DNA of 64,000 nucleotides, from assembly GCF_035594765.1 (NCBI RefSeq), contig NC_085844.1, forward strand, positions 186,388,107-186,452,106. Direction: 5' to 3'. The position numbers and the translations under genes were made by a program. The stretch comes from Anolis carolinensis. Taxonomy: Eukaryota. Below, piece after piece: positions 53,001-61,945 of the stretch. Under the pieces are notes generated by a model, which did not search any database, was not told where the DNA came from, and saw only the letters and a list, made by a program, of their open reading frames with translations. Each line of letters begins with the position of its first letter. Position 1 is the stretch's first letter.

Positions 53001-56000
53001 ATCGTATTTTGTTTTTATTGTGTAGATAATGCCATGAGTGATTTTTCTCTCACAAAAGGAATGTTATCAGGAATTTTAAAAAGTGGTTATATGTGGGAAT
53101 CTGTTCAGGCTGTGGAACTGATGAACTCCACCAAGCATTTTTTTTCTTAATCCCAATGCCAAATGGCTTTTACAATTTGTTAGTTGAGGACTGGAGTTCC
53201 CTTTGAGGAAAAATATTGGAACTACTCTTGTTTACCACCAAAACTATGGTCAACTAATCACATTCCATTTGACACAACAGCACTTGTAATAAGAGAAAGA
53301 GGCAAGACAGTGGCAAACCTCACTTTCTCTAGTACAGTGCTTACTCTTGCTAAGGTTTTGTCTAGAGCAGAGAGTCATTGTGAGATTCAGGCTTGCAGAC
53401 TATACTCCTCTAAAGAAAACGACCTAACATATGGAAGTTCTGTTACTCTAATAATATCAGCTGTACCGGGTGTTTGAAAAAGAACTCCCTAGTTTTAAGT
53501 ATAAACACATAAAAACTAGGGAGTTCTTTTTCAAACACCCTGTACTTTATGTGTATGTAAGTATAGCATCTAAGGTAAGGACAAGTAGTCTCTGTTGATT
53601 ACGGCATAGAATGTTTGCCTTTTTGTATGTAAGTTGCTCTGAGTCCCATTGGGGAGAGAGGGTGGGCTATAAATAAAATTGTTGTTGTTGTTGTTGTTGT
53701 TGTTATTATTATTACAATTCAATCCTCTAGATCAGTGGTTCTCAACCTGTGGATCCTCAGATGTTTTGGCCTTCAACTCCCAGAAATCCTATCAGCTGGT
53801 AAACTGGCTGGGATTTTGGGGAATTGTAGGCCAAAACACCTGGGCACCCACAGATTGCTCTAGATCTTGCTGAATTGTAACTTCCAGCATTTCCCATAAT
53901 TTGCTTTCCTGATTAGGGAACACATGAATTGCCATGAAACATCATTAGGAGGTTGAGTTTGTCAACCTTTGTTCTAAAGTACACATGTCAAATGTAAGGC
54001 CCGTGGGCAGAATTTGGCCTGCCACATGATTTTATGTGGCCTGTGAGGTTTTCAATGCCAGGACAACATAGTTACACTTGCACAGTCTTACAATTACAAC
54101 TGGCCCTTGGAAGGCAACCATAAAGCTGATCTAGCCCTCTGTGAGAATGAGTTTGATACCCCTGTTATAAAGGGAGGAGGTCAAATGGAAGTACTTTGTT
54201 TCATTCAGAAAAGAATTCAGGGATTGGAAAAGACTACTCTTATTGGGGTCATTCCATTCTGTTGTCCCACATACTTTGTTTAACTCCCATGTCCTCCAAC
54301 TTTATATAGCTTCAAATCAGTGCTTTGCATCCCACAAAAGAAAAAGAAGATGCACTGAAGGGACAGAGTAAGGCAAAACACGCTCTCTAAGCTACCTGGT
54401 TTTTAAATACATGCTCCCCGGGCCCAACTCAAATAAGGATATTTTTCTGGTGGGCTGCATGCAGATAAGGGTCTGTGCATTTTAAACATCAAGCGGCAAA
54501 GGCATGCAAGCAGTGTGGTCAATGCTATCAGCAAGGACATAGCAAACAGGAAGCAGATTCCACTAGGCTTGTTGGGCAGAGCCTGACAGGGAGCCAGGGG
54601 CCATCAGACCCTCCCTTTCTCAGGCTGGCTTTCCATCCCCTACTGGAAAAGTCCCATCAGAGGTGGCATACTGTAGATGGATAAGAAGTGAAAAGGACCA
54701 ACCTTCTCGCTGATCTGAGAGATGAAAGTTTGTTTTGTTTGATGACATTGTGCGATGAAGATGAAAAGGGAATAAAAAAAGACAAGGAAAAACACAGAGA
54801 GTAAAAACAGGCCAAGCTGCATGTGTCTGCACAGCACTGAAACAACAAGACATGATGGCTGAGACCGGCCAGGGCTACCCATTGTGCAAATGCACACGTA
54901 TGCATACACACATACGCACGCACACACACGTACACAAAACTCTCATTTTTGTCACTGAACAGTGGATTCAGCTTCTCTTTCCTTATCCAGATTCATGTGA
55001 CCCAACCTTCAGTATGTAGGAGCATAAGTACCAAACACACCAAGGCTTAGGAGATGTTAGTAGGCAGCTCCACTCTGGCAATACATAGACAAGAACAGAA
55101 ACACACATATTCAACGCACTTACATGCCCACTGCATTGTAGGCACCACAGGAGTTCCAAATCAAGGGCCAAGCTCTGTTCTGATAGTACAAGAGACTTTA
55201 AGCCCATCTATCAATGAGTTGAAGGCTCATTGTGAGCACACATGCCCCATCACTGCACAAAACAGAGGAAATAGTCCTAGTGGAAAGAAAGTCTTCTAGC
55301 ACAGAGAGGCTCTTCCTCCCTTTTTCCAAAAAGGGCTAAAGGCAGCAGAGAAACTGTAGCATGAACTTATTTGCTGCGTCAGGACCCTTGATGCACTCAA
55401 CTGCAAAAGAAAGTTGGGAAAGGAAAAAAAGTGAGTCACCCAATATTGGTAGGGCAATCCAGCACATTCTCTGGTTTTGTTCCTGCAGGAGAGACAGTAA
55501 GAGGTTAGTTATGTTTTCCTGAAGGGTAGAGAAGATCTTGTTTCTTTTGCACAAATGACTTTATAGTAGTTAGATTTCTGTGTTTCATTGCCTGAAACTG
55601 AACCCTTGATAAGAGAACCGAACTTTGGTGGTTAGAAACTGCTTATGAGTCACATTTTAAAGGAGAGGGAGAAGGGGAGAGAAAGCTAGTCTGATAGCAA
55701 AACACACCATCAATTAAAACCTTTAATGGTGTGCTATATACTGTGAACTGTACCATCCGTAAATTATTTCCAAGGGTAACAGAAGATAAAATTTTAACTA
55801 GTTTTTCTGATGCACAGATCCAATTTGGTCTTTCAAGATCATACATCAAAAAGAAGCAAAGAACCTAACCAATAGCATACAGAAGACACTTGTCAGCTTT
55901 TATATACTCTGGAACTGGGGTGAAAGGACAGGTGTGCATTTCCCTCTTTGTTGAGTTCACTTCTATAAAAGCTATAATCAATACAGCAATTAAGGACAGA

Positions 56001-59000
56001 TAGTGGAAATATAGCTTTGGCTTGGCTTTCATCATGTACTAGATGGAAATAATTTGCTTTTCTGTTGTGTGTGTGTGAGAGAGAGAGAGTGAGTGTGAAA
56101 GCGAGGGGGCGTGTGACAGACAGACAGACAAGGCTACCAGATTGGAGGTTGATACTACTTCTGTAATTCCTTAGGTGCTTTCAGTGTATTATCATAACGA
56201 GTTAAAAGTTTATTCTTGAGGGATGTACTCAAAGAATTGAGGATAAGATTCTATCGTTTTAACAGAATCACAGGAAGTGATTGTGTTGGAAATTATTGCT
56301 AAGGAAAGATTCAAACATCTGGATGGGACTTGAATTTTAGTCTGTTCAGTGTCTGGGCAATACCACTTAAGAGCACAGGTGGAGTTTTCTTGGTTGAATG
56401 TTCTCCCATATTATAAGAAAACAAAATACCCTGTGAATAGTAAACTATCACTGCTGTATTTAAAGCTAGGATAGCACCCTTTTGTTGACAGGAGTTTTCT
56501 GTGCAAAAGCAGTATTTTATATGGAGGAACATTCAATCATGTGAGCACTATCCACTTATTTGGCATAGCTCAGAAGTGTTTTTAACACTCAGTAAAGATT
56601 AGGTATTCCATTCAATCTTAAGAGAATATTCTTTACAGAATGACCAACGCTCCTTAAAGGTGCACTAACAGTGAAATGTGAATTAGGAAAAAAAGACTAT
56701 GCTGTCCCTATGTCCACAGAAATGTTATAATACAGCTCTTCAGTACATGGGCTGCTTGCAAATGGTAAGATAGGCATACTGCAGTGATTTACCCACATGT
56801 GTTTGTACTTTAGATTAGAGTAAGCAAGGTGCACTTACTAAACACAGTAATACAAACAGATAACTTTCTAGCCTATCAGTCAAAATGAGCTTGGTGCCTG
56901 TAATTTGTTGCTAATTGCTGGATTATCTGTTAATCTCTTCTTACACTAATGGATTATACGAAATAAACATTTGCAGCCGATTCCATTCTGGAAAGGAAAG
57001 ACCCTGGATAGGAAAAGCTGCATTCCCTCATATCTAAGGCTGAAACTGCTCCTTCTTTATCAGCAATATGCTGACACTGACTGAATTGGAATGCTCATGT
57101 ATTCCCCGAAGCCCTTCGCTTCATCCCTTATCTCTGGCACAGGAGGAGGCAACTCTTCCTGCTCTTTTCAGAACACGAAGACTTAAAAGTTTGACAGCGA
57201 GCAGCGCAATGGCTTTTGTCTACCATGGGAAGAACAATCTTAAGATGCAAAACATGTCCTGATACCTATAAACACAAGTCCTGCCATCGCCTACAGGAGT
57301 TGGGGCAGGCTGTGAGTGTTCCATGTTTCAGGGACACCATCTGCCTGACAGAAACTTCTAGTCTACCTTGCTTAATGAGGGCTGATAGAATCACAGCGGC
57401 AAAGGTAACACGGAAGAAGCAATCACAAGGTATTGTGATGCTTTCAGTTGGAAACAGAAATACTATATGTGCTCACGTATAAGTCTAGAAGTTTTAGTCA
57501 AAACATCATCCCAAAAATTGTGAGAAAAAGGCGGCAGCGCAGCTAGGGGCAGCTGGATGACACTGGTGCTTTCACCTCTCCATAGAATTGCCCTTGAATC
57601 ATCCACAGGTTGTATCCCAATCCATAATTATAGCCCAAAAAACTGCCTTCGACATATACCTGATATTACCTTATACATGAGCATATATGGTAATCAAAGA
57701 GGTTGAGCTTATTCTACATAATAAATGACTGCCCTGAACCACTTATAAAAATTATATTGTGAAGGATGAAAAATGTGGGCAAGTCTCTCTAAAGAAGGAG
57801 TTCCAAAGGTAAGATACTATGACTGAATGCACCCTCACTGTACATTTTTCAGAATTTATGCACTTAATCACATATGGGCCCCATATTGGGAGAAAATAAA
57901 TAAAGCAGGAGTAAAATAAATAAATTAAGGGATGGTTAGTAACAGGAAAAGGAAAGGAGGCATGATTGGCTTGACTGAATTTCCAAACACTTGATATCAG
58001 CAAAAACGGCCTCCAAGATGGACCCTGAAAGCTTAATACCCACATAAAGAAAGTGAAAACTGAAATGGCTCCACACTGGTCTTCTTTTCAATGGTACATG
58101 AATCCTATTATTTTCTATTGCAGCTTAGTTGCTCACTTTGGAGAGTAGATCTGGTATTGACCACGGCAGGTTCGTGACCTAATAATGTATTTGTGGTATT
58201 ACTAAACAACCTTTTTAAGCTTATTATGTCAATTCTTAATTATGTGTCCCTGAAGGAGCTTCCTGGCTGATGTGCAAATGTGTTCAGTGATGCTTCTGGA
58301 AAACAACCAACTCAGAAAGGAGACATTTGTCCTGCACAAACTTCCTTAAGGGAATGCATGCTTCCATAGAGTAGTTTTACTTTTGAGTCAGAAATTTCCA
58401 AACAATGTTAAATACTAGCAAGCAGAGGGTCATTCTTAAGCTTCACTAGCGATGCTATTTTAACTTACCCATAGGTTGTATCATAGGTTTACATAAAGAA
58501 TAATTGTAGGGGGAAATAATGTGAATCAGTAACATTGCTTTAAGTCAGTGGTTCTCAACCTGTGGGCTACGGCCCAGCAGTGGGCTGCAAGAATGAAAAT
58601 CTGGTTTGCAAATCTCCTTTCTCTTTATTTATTCATTGTATTTATTTTATTTCTGCTCCTTTCTGCAGAGCTGACCATTGCATTGGCTAGACCACATCTG
58701 CTCTATATTATTAAATATGGTTTTCTGTGGGTAAGCAGATGGTAGCTACTGGATGGCATATGTTCTGTATTAGAAACTAGAGCTGACGTGGTCTATCCAA
58801 TGCAATTTTTCTGAATTGGCACCCCAAATAACCAAACCAAATTTAATGTTGACCAAAAGCTGATTTGTAACCCTTTTGGTACTAATGTTGGAGAGTGGCC
58901 CCTGGTTAAAAAAAGTTTGGAAACCACTGCTTTGAGTGGAAACGGTCCAAGGTTCCTGGCATCTCCAATTGGAAGATTATGACTGCAGGTAAAGCAGAAG

Positions 59001-61945
59001 ACATCAACAGACTGAGTCCCTGGAAAGCTGCAGCCAGTCAAGGCAGGTAGTATTTAACTAGAAGATATAAATAAAATTTTATCTCAACTAGTATAATTTC
59101 TTATGTTGCTTTCTTGGGTTTTTTGATTTCTCTTTATTTAGGTCTGGGAAGATTCAAAGGTTTCTTGCAGTCACTAACTAGGGTTATAGCACCAGAAGAA
59201 ACCTCTCTACTTTGGATGTAGACCAAATAATCTCTCAAAGTGTTGTTGAAGGTTTCATGGCTGGAATCACAGGGTTGTTGTGTGTTTTCCGGGCTGTATG
59301 GCCATGTTCCAGAAGTATTCTCTCCTGACGTTTCGCCCACATCTATGGCAGGCATCCGCAGAGGTATAATATATTTCACAACCTCTGAGGATGCTTGCCA
59401 TAGATGTGGGCGAAACATCAGGAGAGAACACTTCAAACATGGCCATACAGCTCAGAAAACACACAAAAATCTCTCAAAGTTATTCAAACTGGACTTTGAT
59501 GAAATTTACTATGTAAAATCCTTATATGGAGGAGCAAATCTTAAGGGGTGAAGGCATATGCATGTGAGAAAGGCTGGGAGTTGTAGTAGAAAAGCGATCA
59601 TCAGGAAAAGACTAAAGCATTTCCTTCCCACCTCTTTCCTGATGCAATGCAATATGGATAAAGGCAGGGGGGTATTTTGAGAGAGATGAGCTGGGGTATT
59701 TGGAGCAGGAAAGTAGCTGTCAGAAGGTTTAAGATTCCTTTCTCCAATGCAAAGCAATCCTTCCTGTGTTGTGTGTGTAGTACAATTTTGCGCCCATGTA
59801 CTAGCATGCAGCATGTATGTCTACATTGCTAATAATCACATATGTTGCCTGTTGTTTTCTCAGGAAAACACATTTCTAGTTTAAGGGATTGAGAAAGTCC
59901 TTCACTGGGCTGGTTAAGGTACTTATTTTGTTTTGTAAAGCAATGCCACCCGCATAAATATTGCTTGGGAAATGTTACATATCGCAAAACTCAACAGAAG
60001 ACAATTTATGCAGTAACCTGTCTTTTATATACTAGGGGTCTTTATCTCAATCCTGCAGCTTGAAGTCCAACCTTGTAAAGATGATATGCAATAAAAAGGA
60101 AGCTTGTTGTGAAATGTATGCCTTAGAAATACGATGGTTAATAGAAACTGAACCATACACATAGGGCTAGAATCATCTCCCTATCAGAAACTTGGCTAAT
60201 GTCACCTTATCTCCAGAGCCAGCCAACCAGCCACTTGCTGAACAGCCTTCTCTTTCCATCAAGACTGGGGTTACAGCTTACTGTACTTCTTAGAGTCCAA
60301 GGGGAGTTCTATAACTAAATACAGAAAGACTCAGCAAACAGGGAATCAGACAGGCTTAAAGGTGAAGTTTCTTTGCCTTAGCAAGTTGTTCATTCAGGTG
60401 AAACATTAGTCTTCCCAAGCCTGTTTGCAAAGGCTAGACATAGGGAATGCTACTTGAAACAGAATGGAAGCAGTGCGTGTACAAAAGTCTACACAACAAT
60501 TGAATATAAGGTATATTCAAATATACATCTCCCTTACTTTGAGAGTAAATTATATTAGTTTTACCAGAAGTAGCTTGAATATTATTTGTAAGAATACAGG
60601 AAATGTGAGGTCAATCATAATCACATTCAGAGTGTGAAATTGGTGTTTCTACTGCACAGATAAAGAGTTCTGAGAATATTTGAAACTTCAGCTTCTTACA
60701 GACTTATATGTCAAAATTGTTCAGCAAAATGAAAAGGCACCTGCAGAAAATGAGCGCTGAATACAATGACAGCAACCGAGAGACTGAGAAACAATCACAC
60801 AGCAAGTCATCTTGGCCTTTTCAAGAAAAACTATTCCTCAGTTTGGTTAAGGCAGCTTTCTTTCATAGAATTGTTTGGAAGCAGGGCTGGGAAGACATGG
60901 GGGAGAAGAGGAGGAGGAAGAGGAGGAGAATTAGATGGAAAAAGAGAGGGGGAGAGGATAATGATGAAAACATTATTTCTAAACTGGCAGTTGTTGGGAT
61001 CCAGGTCCTAAGAAGAAATAAAAGATGAGTTTAACTGCCAACCAGTCAAAGGGACCACACTTAAATGCTTCTGTACTTTGATGCAAGCCCCAAGCCACAA
61101 TTCCCAGGGATGCCTCACCTCACTGCCCTGTGTGTATGCAAGGTCTCACCAATGGGAATACATATTGTCCCTTTCAAAACACAACAGAAAATTTGCCAGC
61201 TTTCAATGAAGTACTGTATGTTTTGCCCTCCAAACATCCAATTCAATATCAGATTTAATGTAGAAATATTTTAAGATATAGGAATAACAGAGAGATAAAA
61301 AATAGTCTGACAAAGTGGCTTTTTGTGCGACAAACTGCAGTTGATTCTCAGCAGGAATAGACATTGTAATAGCAGCAGCAATTATCCTTGTTGCTGAGGA
61401 GGAGTTGACTGAGACAACCCATGAAAACAAAGACTCTATTCCAAAGCCAAGATGATGTATTTGCTCACCTGCAAGAGAACATATCAGGCTTAGAAGAAAA
61501 GACCCACTAATTTCACACAAACCCATATAGAAGCTTTTATGTATTTAAAACAAAACAAAACACAAATAAAGGGCTAAATATGACAGCCCCTCCTCTTCCA
61601 TGCTCATTACAGAGCTGTATACTGGTCCTCTTGGCTTGATCACAGAGATCCCACCCCTGCAAAAGAGAATGCTTCAGGAATTGATCTCATGGACCAAAAT
61701 GGGATTCAGGATAAATCATTCAGAAAGTATTGTTAAGATACCCTCTTGCTACAATGCCCCATGGGTCATTTGAGAGGCAAGAGCCATGGAAAAGAAGGGA
61801 GAAAGGGATAGAGGCTTGCCTTCTCAAACTTTACCTCGCACATAAAGATTGGCTGGAGCGGAGTAGCGGGTCCCTGCACTGTTCGTGGCGACACATTCAT
61901 ATTTGCCTTGGTCCGACTCCTCACTGTTCTCAATTTGCAGGGCCC
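399..61945 (-). CDS. PTPRF: Receptor-type tyrosine-protein phosphatase F (LAR), partial multi-exon gene: end of Ig2, Ig3, FN3 1-8 and membrane-proximal ectodomain
   Basis: 14 exons with canonical AG/GT ends and matching phases join into one open frame. Residues favouring LAR over PTPRD/PTPRS: [42 protein letters not shown], me[14 protein letters not shown]. Gene start and phosphatase domains lie outside the window. Confidence 0.95.
620..1890 (+). mobile_element. 5'-truncated, frameshifted L2-clade LINE (RT C-terminal part and 3' end with (AAT)n tail)
   Basis: ORF fragments [10 protein letters not shown]...[10 protein letters not shown]...[14 protein letters not shown] and [12 protein letters not shown] in different frames; ends in gaggcgggttagaaaat(aat)n. 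Boundaries approximate. Confidence 0.85.
1711..1778 (+). mobile_element. 3' fragment of a Sauria SINE nested in the L2 3' UTR
   Basis: atgagcacc...gagtcggatac...caggggaaacctttacctttacc matches the 3' end of the copy at 28489-28817. tatgtatatttgt is repeated at 1678-1690 and 1779-1791 (probable TSD). Confidence 0.8.
1898..4287 (+). mobile_element. Dong/R4-clade non-LTR retrotransposon (RLE type) with inverted 5' segment (1898-2820, minus strand) and sense 3' segment (~2842-4287)
   Basis: The + ORF to 4199 has the RT C-terminus, CCHC motif [21 protein letters not shown] motif and RLE core (TADITVV...IIDVAIP...EKISRY). The minus ORF 2672-1893 is a Dong/R4-like N-terminal domain (IMKCYY...[10 protein letters not shown]...RLADQRRFI). 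Direct repeat (aat)5-acttatt at 1876-1897 and 4288-4309. Confidence 0.88.
2688..2820 (-). ncRNA. Predicted structured 5'-UTR RNA of the Dong/R4 element containing a box C/D-type kink-turn
   Basis: Folded by eye: GGTGC/GCACC closing stem; CCACC-TTGACGT-GGTGG hairpin; CTGCTCC/GGAGCAG stem, then ATGATGA (2781-2775) opposite CTGA (2711-2708), then CTGAGG/CCTCAG; CTGGC/GCCAG; CGGTAG/CTACCG. Confidence 0.6.
4310..4398. repeat. (TTG)n/(TTA)n microsatellite
   Basis: Read directly from the sequence. Confidence 0.95.
5329..5582 (-). CDS. PTPRF: PTPRF exon, FN3-8 second part ([19 protein letters not shown]...TSVPVR)
   Basis: 254 nt, phase 0-2, ttacag acceptor, gtatat donor; inside ORF 5286..5633. Confidence 0.95.
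9630..9727 (-). CDS. PTPRF: PTPRF exon, FN3-8 first part ([33 protein letters not shown])
   Basis: 98 nt, phase 1-0, ttgcag acceptor, gtaagt donor; translated by hand. Confidence 0.95.
10105..10162. repeat. (TTA)n microsatellite
   Basis: Read directly from the sequence. Confidence 0.95.
10330..10908 (-). CDS. PTPRF: PTPRF exon, FN3-6 and FN3-7 ([11 protein letters not shown]...SRTMPMEQ)
   Basis: 579 nt, phase 1-1, cccacag acceptor, gtaggc donor; inside ORF 10256..10984. Confidence 0.96.
14698..14815 (-). CDS. PTPRF: PTPRF exon, FN3-5 second half ([39 protein letters not shown])
   Basis: 118 nt, phase 0-1, ctcacag acceptor, gtgagc donor; translated by hand. Confidence 0.96.
16446..16472 (-). 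CDS. PTPRF: Putative PTPRF mini-exon C (meC/LASE-c), 27 nt, LRFKDSADH, within FN3-5
   Basis: Long pyrimidine tract then ccccatcag|CTGAGGTTTAAGGACTCTGCTGACCAC|gtaagt. 27 nt, phase 0-0, in the intron that splits FN3-5, where the 9-aa meC of LAR-family PTPs is inserted. Confidence 0.8.
16824..17106 (-). mobile_element. 5'-truncated Vingi (Ingi-related) LINE 3' end
   Basis: Minus-strand peptide [14 protein letters not shown]...[15 protein letters not shown] (CCHC) followed by a short 3' UTR ending tgacacgataaataaat. Confidence 0.78.
20085..20516 (-). mobile_element. Non-autonomous bipartite RTE-derived retroelement (RTE-type 5' UTR joined to RTE 3' end, (TAAG)n tail)
   Basis: 11-bp TSD attatctcagt at 20074-20084 and 20517-20527. 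The 5' end gtcaccttgccgtggtgagggggcttgcg resembles RTE/BovB/Expander 5' UTRs as I recall them. The 3' end is catcctcgaactacgagggatcccc(taag)n. Confidence 0.8.
20849..21442. mobile_element. Palindromic MITE (probably PIF/Harbinger-like) interrupted by a nested Tc1/mariner-like element (~20980-21357)
   Basis: Outer arms gggtatatctacattgt...gtttgacaccactttaactgccatagctcaatg and their reverse complement ending tgtacatgcaccc. The inner element has ~29-bp imperfect TIRs tgtttcaaaacaatggatctgatttgaaa / tttgaaattgggtctatcattttgaaaca. Confidence 0.65.
22775..22909. mobile_element. hAT-family MITE (~135 bp, palindromic)
   Basis: TIR cagtgcttctcaacct / aggttgagaaccactg; 8-bp TSD ttctacat / ctctacac. 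Confidence 0.85.
27868..28061 (-). CDS. PTPRF: PTPRF exon, FN3-5 first half ([12 protein letters not shown]...DVVVAESQ)
   Basis: 194 nt, phase 1-0, tttcag acceptor, gtaaag donor. Confidence 0.96.
28489..28817 (+). mobile_element. Full-length Sauria SINE
   Basis: tRNA-like head with A box and B box (gttcaaatcc), tail ggggaaacctttaccttt, 11-bp TSD tattactgtat (28478-28488 and 28818-28828). Confidence 0.92.
30831..31136 (-). CDS. PTPRF: PTPRF exon, FN3-4 ([23 protein letters not shown]...VRTDED)
   Basis: 306 nt, symmetric phase 1-1, ccctag acceptor, gtaggt donor. Confidence 0.96.
32310..32444. mobile_element. hAT-family MITE, same family as 22775-22909
   Basis: TIR tagtggttctcaacct / aggttgagaaccactg; TSD ccatatca / ccatatcg. 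Confidence 0.87.
32840..33545 (+). mobile_element. Degenerate L2 LINE RT fragment
   Basis: Decayed similarity to the L2 at 620-1890 (ccacaggatacaatcttgtctcccatgctgttcaacacctatatg; peptide [15 protein letters not shown]). Boundaries approximate. Confidence 0.6.
33950..34178 (+). mobile_element. L2-type 3' end with (TAAA)n tail
   Basis: tgtaaagccaccttgaatcccc...gaaaggcagggtagaaat terminus followed by (taaa)n. Similar termini occur at ~25385-25440 (-), ~53625-53680 (+), ~62500-62610 (-) and ~63324-63430 (-). Confidence 0.7.
35638..35959. mobile_element. Degenerate Tigger/pogo-like (MER46/Tigger4-like) DNA transposon remnant
   Basis: Right end tccaaaacatttctgggcccaagcatttcagattagaggtacgcaacctg followed by TA. 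Left end poorly defined. Confidence 0.55.
36966..37116. repeat. Diverged ~72-bp tandem duplication
   Basis: ttgaaa...ctaaaattgt.ccttaactggag.tgctgaat...gctatttt occurs twice head to tail. Confidence 0.85.
38737..39218. mobile_element. Tigger/pogo-like non-autonomous DNA transposon with internal GC-rich tandem hairpin repeats
   Basis: TA|cagtagagctccgcttatc ... gataagcgagattctactg|CA. Three ~115-bp internal units each contain ctcactcac...ggtcctggtgct. Confidence 0.75.
40513..40657 (-). CDS. PTPRF: PTPRF exon, FN3-3 second half ([48 protein letters not shown])
   Basis: 145 nt, phase 0-1, ttttctag acceptor, gtaagt donor; translated by hand. Confidence 0.95.
40997..41069. repeat. (TTA)n microsatellite next to an L2-type tail
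   Basis: Read directly from the sequence. Confidence 0.9.
41136..41480. mobile_element. Tigger/pogo-like (Tc1/mariner superfamily) MITE
   Basis: TA|cagtaaagtctcacttatccaaca ... tgttggataagtgagactctactg|TA, with subterminal ttatccaac repeats. Confidence 0.9.
42263..42396 (-). CDS. PTPRF: PTPRF exon, FN3-3 first half ([45 protein letters not shown])
   Basis: 134 nt, phase 1-0, ctccag acceptor, gtgaga donor; translated by hand. Confidence 0.95.
42783..43364 (-). CDS. PTPRF: PTPRF exon, FN3-1 and FN3-2 ([18 protein letters not shown]...IQVKTQQG)
   Basis: 582 nt, phase 1-1, tttccag acceptor, gtgagt donor; overlaps ORF 42682..43335. Confidence 0.96.
43895..44110 (-). mobile_element. Old RTE/BovB LINE fragment
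   Basis: tcttctccagcaccacatttcaaatgagttgatt...ttcttcactgtc resembles the antisense BovB RT 3' region as I recall it. Confidence 0.55.
44853..45122 (-). CDS. PTPRF: PTPRF exon, Ig3 ([12 protein letters not shown]...ATAQITVK)
   Basis: 270 nt, phase 1-1, tttcag acceptor, gtaaga donor; inside ORF 44833..45219. Confidence 0.96.
49788..50447 (+). mobile_element. 5'-truncated CR1 LINE 3' end
   Basis: ORF 50025..50372 ([29 protein letters not shown]...[32 protein letters not shown]) followed by a decayed ATTCTRTG-type tail. 19-bp duplication caaaaagttgaacatgagt near the 5' end. Confidence 0.92.
53466..53542. mobile_element. 77-bp mariner-type mini-MITE, nearly pure hairpin
   Basis: 31-bp TIRs ccgggtgtttgaaaaagaactccctagtttt / aaaactagggagttctttttcaaacaccctg (1 mismatch), 15-bp spacer, TA on both sides. 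Confidence 0.88.
53733..53857. mobile_element. hAT MITE (22775-type) with partly deleted right TIR
   Basis: Left TIR cagtggttctcaacct; perfect 8-bp TSD ctctagat on both sides. Confidence 0.85.
53980..54164. mobile_element. Old hAT/Charlie-like MITE
   Basis: tgtcaaatgtaaggcccgtgggc ... gagtttgatacccctg; TSD ttctaaag / ttataaag. Confidence 0.7.
54703..54714 (-). CDS. PTPRF: PTPRF mini-exon B (meB), 12 nt, encodes DQRE in the Ig2-Ig3 linker
   Basis: tctcag|ATCAGCGAGAAG|gttggt, phase 1-1. DQRE matches the LAR meB peptide as I recall it, and the exon lies between the Ig2 and Ig3 exons. Confidence 0.92.
57463..57690. mobile_element. Tc1/mariner-superfamily (Tc2-like) MITE remnant
   Basis: TA|ctatatgtgctcacgtataag ... 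cttatacatgagcatatatgg|TA (18/21 TIR match). Confidence 0.7.
58546..58929. mobile_element. Non-autonomous hAT transposon (~385 bp)
   Basis: TIR cagtggttctcaacc / gtttggaaaccactg; TSD ctttaagt / ctttgagt. Confidence 0.85.
59324..59364 (-). ncRNA. Minimal type I hammerhead-like motif with a core mutation
   Basis: cct-CTGCGGA-tgcctgccatagatgtgggc-GAAACGTC-agg; CUGANGA core changed to CUGCGGA. Confidence 0.65.
59382..59422 (+). ncRNA. Minimal type I hammerhead ribozyme-like motif (Penelope-associated)
   Basis: cct-CTGAGGA-tgcttgccatagatgtgggc-GAAAC-atc-agg: intact CUGANGA and GAAA cores, stem I cct/agg, imperfect stem II. Confidence 0.7.
61835..61945 (-). CDS. PTPRF: PTPRF exon, C-terminal half of Ig2 ([37 protein letters not shown])
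   Basis: 111 nt, phase 1-1, tttctgtatag acceptor, gtaaag donor. Translated by hand; not in the ORF track. Confidence 0.96.

Larger units (their letters stand above)
59242..59467. mobile_element. Penelope-like element remnant (inverted pLTR pair)
   Basis: ~90-bp inverted repeat arms; 13-bp direct repeat aatctctcaaagt at 59229-59241 and 59468-59480; each arm contains a hammerhead core. Confidence 0.8.

Noticed and set aside
399-61945. Assignment to PTPRD or PTPRS
   Set aside because: Ig3 has some PTPRD-like residues, but the FN3 exons and the DQRE meB peptide match PTPRF (the paralogues have ELRE, as I recall).
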